From NCBI GenBank assembly GCA_964402895.1, contig CAYODR010000002.1:41666-105665 (forward strand): DNA of 64,000 nt, read 5' to 3'. The notes below the pieces were generated by a model that was not told the DNA's origin, searched no databases, and saw nothing but the letters and a program-made list of their open reading frames with translations. The translations under genes and the position numbers were made by a program. Positions 57,246-64,000 of this stretch are shown here, piece after piece. The first letter of the stretch is position 1; each line of letters opens with the position of its first letter. This DNA is from an uncultured Candidatus Saccharibacteria bacterium. GTDB lineage: Bacteria > Patescibacteriota > Minisyncoccia > Phycocordibacterales > UBA9973.

Positions 57246-58889
57246 TTATATCAAATCTAAACTCCGTATACGAATCCTTACCCCACCCCGAAAACCGGAC
57301 TCAATCACCCCTACTATATCCATGAACCTATCTGCTTTTACATTCTTAATCATTTCTTCTTCTGCAAAAAAAGTATAAGCTGTCACCGTACTTGCTCCAT
57401 CAGACAGTATACATTCTAAATGCTCACCATTTTTACCAAACATTTTTGAACTCTTGACTTGTACTCCTTTAAATAAAAACTCAAATTCTGGATTCCCCAC
57501 TCCAAAGGGTGCAAATTTTCTAACAGTCAGAAGTGATCTAGTATTTACATCATTTAATCCAATTTCTACATAATTTAAATCTAATAAATCCTCTTTTTCT
57601 TCTTCCAGAGAACCTAGAGTTTTATTTAATTTTTCTTCTAAAAAATGAATTTGTTCTTTGGTGGTAGAAAATCCCCCCGCAGCTTTATGCCCTCCTGCAT
57701 GAAGAATACTATCTTCTGGTAATGCTTGAAATATTTTTGCAGCATTATGAATACTACACATCCGACACGATCCTTTTATACTTCCATCCCCTGCCAAACC
57801 CCAAACGAAAAAACTCTTATTGAATTTTTCTTGAAGTTTATTTGCTACAAGTCCAAGCACTGCTGGTCTCCACTCTGGATTCCCTACCACAACAATCTCC
57901 GGCATACTTCTATCTTCTACACTTTGATAAGCTTCTTTAGTAATCCTAGCAACTAAAGATTTTCTTTGAGTATTTATTTTTTCAAGTTCTCTGGATATGG
58001 TTTCTGCTTCAGATAAATCATCAGTTGATAGAAGTCTAAAGGCTAAATCTGGAGTAGACATACGAGAAGCAGCATTAAGCCTGGGAGCAACTGTAAAAGT
58101 CAGGTCTGTTTCTGTTAGTGAATTCAAGTAAATTCTATTTTTTAAAAACAAAGTTTTAAGTCCTAGTCTTCTAGTTTTTTTCATTACAATCATACCGTAA
58201 TGTACGAGCGCTCTATTTTCTCCTATAAGTGGGACCATATCTGATAGAGTCGCAAAAGCAACTAAATCAAGTAGCCACTTTTCTGCCCCCTCTTTAATAC
58301 CAAAATCATTTCCATATTTTTGAATAAAAGCACGAACTAGCATAAACGCCACACCTGCCCCACAAAGATTTTTGTTTGGATAATCTCCATTTTCAGGATG
58401 GATAACTGCATAAGCATCGGGATATGTATCAAGTGGTGCGTGATGGTCTGTGATAACCACATCTAATCCTTCTTTATTTGCAAAAAATGTACCTTCTATA
58501 GCAGTAATACCTAAATCAACAGTAATGATCAGACTTACTCCTTTTTCTTTTAAATTTAAAATACCTCTTTCACTTAATCCATACCCTTCATCATGGCGAT
58601 CTGGAATATATACATGCACACTATCTTGTGCTTTTAACATCTTAAACAAATCAAACAAAACAACTGCTCCAGGTATACCATCACAATCATAGTCAGCAAA
58701 AATCCCGATCTTTTCTTTATTGTCTATTGCCTGCTTTATTCTTTGAACAGCCTTATCTATACCATTAAAAGTAAAAACATCTCCTAATTCATATTTAGGA
58801 TTTAAGAATTTATCTTTCTCTAAATTATCACTGATACCAAGTCTATCAAATAATACATCCTCTAAACTTGATCCATTAGTAAAACTCAT
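57246..58889 (-). CDS. recJ: single-stranded-DNA-specific exonuclease RecJ
   Basis: 547 aa; DHH motifs DYDCDGIPG, ITDHH, DHHA phosphoesterase signatures. Confidence 0.85.
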   Translation of the reverse strand: MSFTNGSSLEDVLFDRLGISDNLEKDKFLNPKYELGDVFTFNGIDKAVQRIKQAIDNKEKIGIFADYDCDGIPGAVVLFDLFKMLKAQDSVHVYIPDRHDEGYGLSERGILNLKEKGVSLIITVDLGITAIEGTFFANKEGLDVVITDHHAPLDTYPDAYAVIHPENGDYPNKNLCGAGVAFMLVRAFIQKYGNDFGIKEGAEKWLLDLVAFATLSDMVPLIGENRALVHYGMIVMKKTRRLGLKTLFLKNRIYLNSLTETDLTFTVAPRLNAASRMSTPDLAFRLLSTDDLSEAETISRELEKINTQRKSLVARITKEAYQSVEDRSMPEIVVVGNPEWRPAVLGLVANKLQEKFNKSFFVWGLAGDGSIKGSCRMCSIHNAAKIFQALPEDSILHAGGHKAAGGFSTTKEQIHFLEEKLNKTLGSLEEEKEDLLDLNYVEIGLNDVNTRSLLTVRKFAPFGVGNPEFEFLFKGVQVKSSKMFGKNGEHLECILSDGASTVTAYTFFAEEEMIKNVKADRFMDIVGVIESGFRGGVRIRIRSLDLI

Positions 58890-58950
58890 AAATATGATTA
58901 TAGCATGCAGATAAAGAGCTTTTTTATAATATTATTGTATAATTCACAAT

Positions 58951-59346
58951 ATGAATACAACAGTTTTTGGCAAAATTATTAGAGGAGAATTACCTTCTAC
59001 GAAGGTGTATGAAGATGAAGAATTTTTAGCCTTTTTTACTATAGATCCTGAAACAAAAGGTCATACCCTTCTAATCCCTAAAGAACATATAGTCTGGATA
59101 CATGAGGCAAGTGATGAAATGCTATCAAAAATAATGATTAAAGCTAAAGAAATAATCAAAGCTCAAATAAAAGGATTAAATTGTGATTATGTAAAACTAA
59201 TAGTTGTAGGTGATGAAGTACCGCATTTACATATACATCTTGTGCCTAGATATAGAGATAGTGAAAGACTTGAAATAGAAAAATTGATGTACAAAAATGA
59301 CGAAGAAAAAAATAAATACGCAGAGAAAATAATTTCTGGATTATAA
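58951..59346 (+). CDS. HIT family hydrolase
   Basis: 131 aa; histidine triad HLHIHLVPR. Confidence 0.85.
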   Translation: MNTTVFGKIIRGELPSTKVYEDEEFLAFFTIDPETKGHTLLIPKEHIVWIHEASDEMLSKIMIKAKEIIKAQIKGLNCDYVKLIVVGDEVPHLHIHLVPRYRDSERLEIEKLMYKNDEEKNKYAEKIISGL

Positions 59347-59359
59347 AAAATATCCCAAA

Positions 59360-60190
59360 CTAATACAACTCATATTTTTCCACCAATTCTCTTGGTACAA
59401 AAAATTCTTTTGAAAGCTTCTTGCGAAGCTTTTTTGCTTTTTCTTTATCTCTTTCAATTATGAGTTTCACCTTTTTCTTTTCAATACCCATTTTTTGTAA
59501 ACGAGATTCAAGCTCGGCAGTATCTATACTTGTCTGATAGATATGTTCTATTTCTTCTGCTAATTTTGAAGAGAGTTTTGTAGTGACTATATAATCAGCG
59601 AAAATTGTGGGGTATTCATTTTTTGAAAAATATTCTATACCTAAAGCAATTTGTAAATAATCACTTTGTAATTCTTTTTTTATTTTAATATCATGTATTG
59701 TTTTCCCTCCAAATAAAGCAAATCCATAATTTTTATTTTTTAAAAAAGAATCATAGTACTCATACTCACTCTTCTTTCTACTATCACCTAAATGTATCCA
59801 TGTCTCATGGGGATTATAAAAAAATATTGGCATATCTGGATACCTATCGTGAAGTGGTAAAATTATATTTTTCCATTGCTGATCCAAATGAGCAAGTGAA
59901 TTAAAATCAAAAACAATTTTTTCCCCCTCAGAGAGTTTGAGGCTTCTTGATTTTTTATTCAATAAATCAATAACACCATTACGCCACTCCTCAGATAAAG
60001 AGTAGATATTTCCTTGTTTTATAACTACTTCTTTTTGTATCAATAAACGCAATATCTTATATATACCTTGGATGGTTATATTTTCTTCATCTTTAGCTAA
60101 AAGAATTTTTAACCCTTTTACCGAAAGACTTTTATCAGAAAGAATTCTTACAACCATATCTTCAATTGATTCTTTTTTTGAGGAAATCAT
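59360..60190 (-). CDS. hypothetical protein
   Basis: 276 aa; no family recognised. Confidence 0.4.
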   Translation of the reverse strand: MISSKKESIEDMVVRILSDKSLSVKGLKILLAKDEENITIQGIYKILRLLIQKEVVIKQGNIYSLSEEWRNGVIDLLNKKSRSLKLSEGEKIVFDFNSLAHLDQQWKNIILPLHDRYPDMPIFFYNPHETWIHLGDSRKKSEYEYYDSFLKNKNYGFALFGGKTIHDIKIKKELQSDYLQIALGIEYFSKNEYPTIFADYIVTTKLSSKLAEEIEHIYQTSIDTAELESRLQKMGIEKKKVKLIIERDKEKAKKLRKKLSKEFFVPRELVEKYELY

Positions 60191-60288
60191 TACATAAGCA
60201 TATCATTTTTTAAACTTTTTGTTTAAAATTATATATAAATACAATATATTTTTGATATGTCAATTAAATACTGTTATTATCCTTTTAT

Positions 60289-60975
60289 ATGAAAAAAGAA
60301 GTGATCAAAAAACAATATGATAAATTTCACAAAACTTATAGCCACAACATTATAGACCAAGATAAGGTAGGCAACTTTATGTTTCATAAATTAATAAACT
60401 TTAATCTAAAGAATAAAAAAGTGCTTGATGTTGGATGCGGAGATGGCGTAGATTTGGCAATCTTAACTAAAAAGGGAGCAAGGGTTTTTGGTATTGATCC
60501 AAGTATAGAATTTATTAAAAAAGCACAAATAAACAACCCTACAGGTATTTTCAAAGAAGGTGTTGGTGAAAATATTCCAGCTGATGACAATTCTTTTGAT
60601 ATCGTCATATCTAAATATGCGATACAGACTTCTACTAATGTACCTGGTGTATTATCTGAAATAGCAAGAGTTATAAAAAAGAACGGTATGATCGTACTTT
60701 TATCAAAACACCCCTTAAGACAATATCTTGAAAAAATACAAAGTTATGGACACGGAGCAGATTATTATAAACAAAAAATAGTCACATCAAATATTTACAA
60801 TGGCGAGATTGTTTTGAAAGAACCAAGTCATACTATCGGTGAATACTTTAATTCAGAATTTTTAAAAAACTTTGAATTATTAGAATACCAAGAAGGTACA
60901 GACTTTCCTGCTTCAGAACAAATCAATGGTGATATTTATCCCACTTTCTTTATTATAAAAGCAAGAAGAAAATAA
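60289..60975 (+). CDS. class I SAM-dependent methyltransferase
   Basis: VLDVGCGDGVD motif I; 228 aa. Confidence 0.7.
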   Translation: MKKEVIKKQYDKFHKTYSHNIIDQDKVGNFMFHKLINFNLKNKKVLDVGCGDGVDLAILTKKGARVFGIDPSIEFIKKAQINNPTGIFKEGVGENIPADDNSFDIVISKYAIQTSTNVPGVLSEIARVIKKNGMIVLLSKHPLRQYLEKIQSYGHGADYYKQKIVTSNIYNGEIVLKEPSHTIGEYFNSEFLKNFELLEYQEGTDFPASEQINGDIYPTFFIIKARRK

Positions 60976-60985
60976 AGAGTTTAGT

Positions 60986-61540
60986 ATGAAAATTGCAATT
61001 TTTAGTTCTTGGTTACCTGAAGTCTCTGAAAAAAATAAAGTTTTAGCAGAAAAAATAGGTGTGTATCTATCTCAAAAAAATATAACCGCTGTAACAGGAG
61101 GTTGTAGTGGTATACCAGCACTATGTATAGAATCCGTATACAAAAATAATAGAAAAACAATTGGCTATTTCCCCCACAAAGATAAAATAGACTACTTTGA
61201 TCGCCAACATGAAATAAATACTCATGACATAAAATACTACAATAGCGCACACTTCATCTCAGGCTTCACTGCTAGAAGTTTAGAAATGATTAAAAGTGTA
61301 GATGCAGCTATTGTACTAAATGGAAGAATCGGGACACTTTCTGAATTTGGTATTGCTGTTGAAGAGGGTCTCCCTGTAGCTGTAATAGAAAATACTGGCG
61401 GGATTGCAGACGAGTTAAAAAATATAATTAAAATAGCAAAAAAAGAATTTCCAAATAATGAAGTTATATTTGAATCTGATTATAAAAAAGCGATAGATAC
61501 ACTTATACAAAACCATATAGAAAACAAAAAATGCACATAG
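60986..61540 (+). CDS. LOG family / TIGR00725 Rossmann-fold protein
   Basis: 184 aa; VTGGCSGIPA... and GG.GTL.E motifs of LOG-like proteins; terminator 61530..61556. Confidence 0.5.
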   Translation: MKIAIFSSWLPEVSEKNKVLAEKIGVYLSQKNITAVTGGCSGIPALCIESVYKNNRKTIGYFPHKDKIDYFDRQHEINTHDIKYYNSAHFISGFTARSLEMIKSVDAAIVLNGRIGTLSEFGIAVEEGLPVAVIENTGGIADELKNIIKIAKKEFPNNEVIFESDYKKAIDTLIQNHIENKKCT

Positions 61541-61571
61541 TGCATTTTTTGTTTTCAAGAACTATATAGTT

Positions 61572-62696
61572 TTATTTTATTACTTTTATACCAGGCAATG
61601 TCCCCGTTGAAAGATAGTCTAGTGTCGCACCGCCACCTGTTGAGATAAACAATCTCTTTTGATCAAAATCTTTTCCAAATACACCGCGAACCATAGCCCC
61701 TGTATCTCCTCCACCTATTATGGTTTTAGCTTTAGACTCTTTAATAGTTTTTGCAATAGACTTTGTTGCTCCACCAAAACCTTTTTCATACCACCCTGTT
61801 GGACCATTCCAGAGAAGTGTTTTTGATTTTAATACCTTATCATTTATCAAGTCTACACTCTGCTTTCCAATATCTACGATAACATCTCCATTCTCAATTT
61901 CATTTGGTAAGATATTTAATTTCTTATCTCCCCTCAAGACCAATACATCTATTGGTAAAAGAAGTTTTGGGTTTTTGGAAAGTTTTAATATATCTCTTTT
62001 AAAACCTTCTTCGTATTTTGATTTACCAATATTAAAACCTAATTCTTTGTAAAAAGTATTTAAAAGCACTCCAGCAATAATCACATTATCAGCTTTTTCT
62101 ATTATTTTTTTAAGTAGTGGAATTTTAGTAGAAAGTTTAGCTCCTCCTAAAATAAATAAAAATGGAGATTTTGGTGAAACTAAAGTATCTAATCTATTTA
62201 TCTCACCTATAAAAGAAATTCCAAAAAAAGAATCTAAATACTTAGGAATACCCACTACAGAAGCATGCTTTCTATGCGATACAGAAAATGCGTCATTTAT
62301 ATATATGTCGCCTAAAGATGCAATTCTTTTAGCAAACTTCATATCATTAGTTTCTTCTTCTGGGTAATTTCTAATATTATCCAGCAAAACTATTTCACCT
62401 TTTTGAGTATTTTCAATATCTTTTAAAATATTTTCTTCAAAAATATTTGTTTTTATAAAATTAGTTTTATATTTTTTATTTAAAAATTTATAAACTAAAT
62501 CTAAACTTTTTAACTCTCCATGATGAGTTATGATTATAGGTAGACCACCTTTTTTTAAAATAAAATCTATAGTATTAAAACTATTTTCTATTCTACTTGG
62601 ATCTATTATCTTTCCATTTTTAATAGGTACATTAAAATCTGTACGGATAATAACTTTTTTACCTTTTAAATTCTTTAAGTCTTTTACACTTTTCAT
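61572..62696 (-). CDS. pgk: phosphoglycerate kinase
   Basis: 374 aa; VIIRTDFNVP N-terminus, GGGA.L.YL C-terminal motif. Confidence 0.9.
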   Translation of the reverse strand: MKSVKDLKNLKGKKVIIRTDFNVPIKNGKIIDPSRIENSFNTIDFILKKGGLPIIITHHGELKSLDLVYKFLNKKYKTNFIKTNIFEENILKDIENTQKGEIVLLDNIRNYPEEETNDMKFAKRIASLGDIYINDAFSVSHRKHASVVGIPKYLDSFFGISFIGEINRLDTLVSPKSPFLFILGGAKLSTKIPLLKKIIEKADNVIIAGVLLNTFYKELGFNIGKSKYEEGFKRDILKLSKNPKLLLPIDVLVLRGDKKLNILPNEIENGDVIVDIGKQSVDLINDKVLKSKTLLWNGPTGWYEKGFGGATKSIAKTIKESKAKTIIGGGDTGAMVRGVFGKDFDQKRLFISTGGGATLDYLSTGTLPGIKVIK

Positions 62697-62697
62697 A

Positions 62698-63447
62698 TTA
62701 AATCAAACTCTTCATTAGCCCTCCAAATCTTTTTGCATCAAGACTAACTCTGCCTACAAGAAGTCCATCTACATCTCCTTCATCTACAAATCTTCTAGCA
62801 TTATTTTCATTTACAGAACCTCCGTATAATATCTTCACGCTTTGAGCAAATTTTGCTCCATAGATATCATTTATCATCTTTCTAATATAGATAACCATTT
62901 CTCTACATTCAAGAGGAGTAGCCTCTCTTTCAGCTGATTCTCCTATTGCCCATACTGGCTCATAAGCAAGAATAACTTTTTTAAAACTATTCTTTGTTAA
63001 ATTAGACAAAAGAATATCTATTTGATCTTTGATTTCACTTAAATACCAACCCTGCGCATCTCTTTGTTTTTCACCAATACACACTATTGGAATCATTTTT
63101 TTCTCTAAAACCTTTTGTGTTTTTAAGATAATATTTTCATTAGTATCTCCCCTGAGTCTTACTTCTGAATGCCCTACGATGACATAAGATACTTCCATAC
63201 TAGCAAGTTGCCCAGCACTCACAAGCCCTGTATTTGAAATGATTTCAGCTTCTGATACATTTTGAGCGCCTAGATAAAGTGGTTCTTTTACATATTTTTG
63301 TATAATTCCTAAGTGTACAAATGAGGGGCAAATTATGGTTTGTATATCATTCTTATATTTACGCGCAAAAGTTAAAGTATCTTTTGCTAAAGAAAGTGCC
63401 TGCTCTTTTTTTTCTGGAGCCATTTTCCAATTTCCAACTAAAATCAT
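62698..63447 (-). CDS. tpiA: triosephosphate isomerase
   Basis: 249 aa; GNWKM, AYEPVWAIG, GGS motifs. Confidence 0.9.
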   Translation of the reverse strand: MILVGNWKMAPEKKEQALSLAKDTLTFARKYKNDIQTIICPSFVHLGIIQKYVKEPLYLGAQNVSEAEIISNTGLVSAGQLASMEVSYVIVGHSEVRLRGDTNENIILKTQKVLEKKMIPIVCIGEKQRDAQGWYLSEIKDQIDILLSNLTKNSFKKVILAYEPVWAIGESAEREATPLECREMVIYIRKMINDIYGAKFAQSVKILYGGSVNENNARRFVDEGDVDGLLVGRVSLDAKRFGGLMKSLI

Positions 63448-63469
63448 TTTATAATTATATCATAAATAA

Positions 63470-63498
63470 AAAACAGCACAGAATGTGCTGTTTTTTAT
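63470..63498 (-). terminator. terminator downstream of partial upstream gene
   Basis: aaaaacagcacagaatgtgctgtttttt. Confidence 0.6.
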
Positions 63499-63508
63499 TT
63501 TAATATTT

Positions 63509-64000
63509 CTAGAACTCAATGATAGTAATATCTTTTTGTGGTGAACATTCAAGAGTAGTAGAATCTTGTCTCATACCCTCAGGAACAGTTTCTTGTGTAC
63601 CTTCTATATTTATACACATATCACCATTTACATAACAATTATCTCCCATTCTAAAGTGTCCGGCAGGAACAGTAGCTTGCATACCTGATATATTTAAACA
63701 CATATCGGTTGGACACGCTACGGGTAATGTAACATTGACATATTCTGTTATAGATCCAGAAGTTAGTGTGTAATTATAGCTAGCCCCCGGTGTTAACCCA
63801 GAATCAATCACAGAATATCCTATACCATTATATAATGGTATACCTGGTGCTCTTTCAATGTAAACATCTTGACTAGAATCCCATGAAAGAGTTATTGATG
63901 TTACTCCACACGAACCACCTACAGATGCTGAAAAGTCAAAACCTTGTTGAGCACAATTATTATCTACGAATGTTCCTGTAGCACTTACCTGTCCAGAAGA
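63509..64000 (-). CDS. partial CDS (C-terminal part of a Cys-rich surface protein; 5' end off window)
   Basis: Open frame continues to window edge; C-terminus ...GDNCYVNGDMCINIEG... Confidence 0.35.
   Translation of the reverse strand, partial: SSGQVSATGTFVDNNCAQQGFDFSASVGGSCGVTSITLSWDSSQDVYIERAPGIPLYNGIGYSVIDSGLTPGASYNYTLTSGSITEYVNVTLPVACPTDMCLNISGMQATVPAGHFRMGDNCYVNGDMCINIEGTQETVPEGMRQDSTTLECSPQKDITIIEF

Noticed and set aside
1-64000. CRISPR arrays, transposases/IS elements, integrases, rRNA genes
   Set aside because: No regularly spaced direct repeats, no transposase- or recombinase-like ORFs and no rRNA-like GC-rich blocks were found by reading the sequence.

Overview
This 64 kb window is about 30% GC and shows compact, mostly minus-strand gene organisation. 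It looks like a small-genome bacterium of the Candidate Phyla Radiation / Patescibacteria type. That reading rests on inference: no L30 gene (and no L29 at its usual place), several short ribosomal proteins with extensions, many type IV pilin-like genes, an RRM-type RNA-binding protein, and a DGR-type reverse transcriptase.

Housekeeping content:
- Cell division and translation genes: ftsE/ftsX, prfB, typA, recG, ftsH, truB, infC-rpmI-rplT, rpmB.
- smpB followed by tmRNA (ssrA).
- A long str/S10/spc ribosomal superoperon: rpsL-rpsG-fusA-tuf-rpsJ ... rplC-D-W-B-rpsS-rplV-rpsC-rplP-rpsQ-rplN-X-E-rpsZ-rpsH-rplF-R-rpsE-rplO-secY-adk-map.
- RNase P RNA sits between rpsG and fusA.
- Four tRNAs: Ser-GGA, Ser-GCU, a Ser-like type II tRNA with an odd ACU anticodon, and Ile-UAU.
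- comEC split into two genes, plus recJ, rnhA, pgk and tpiA.

The ribosomal superoperon is interrupted at three places by accessory genes. These are type IV pilin-like paralogs, dgkA, a lipoprotein and hicAB.

The main accessory feature is a diversity-generating retroelement (DGR) remnant:
- A DGR-type reverse transcriptase ORF (23972..24511) is truncated before the catalytic YxDD motif.
- It lies 35 bp downstream of a pilin-like gene whose C-terminus is an FGE/C-type-lectin-fold variable-region scaffold (...GKRLPS..YWSST...VRCAA).
- A paralog with the same architecture sits between rpsZ and rplE.
- The two variable regions differ mainly at adenines of AAT/AAC codons, the signature of DGR mutagenesis.
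- No template repeat is visible in the window.

The pilin paralogs also carry a G-rich tract in their leader-peptide coding region. Its length differs between copies (a 10-nt poly-G frameshifts one copy). A second 9-G tract splits a HAD nucleotidase gene. Both suggest slipped-strand phase variation.

Downstream of tmRNA the 3'-terminal 20 nt of ssrA is duplicated exactly 200 bp away and again about 0.5 kb further on. Each later copy is followed by a terminator-promoter-small ORF module, which looks like att-site remnants of small integrated cassettes.

Six type II/IV toxin-antitoxin modules and several long palindromes/inverted repeats are also present.
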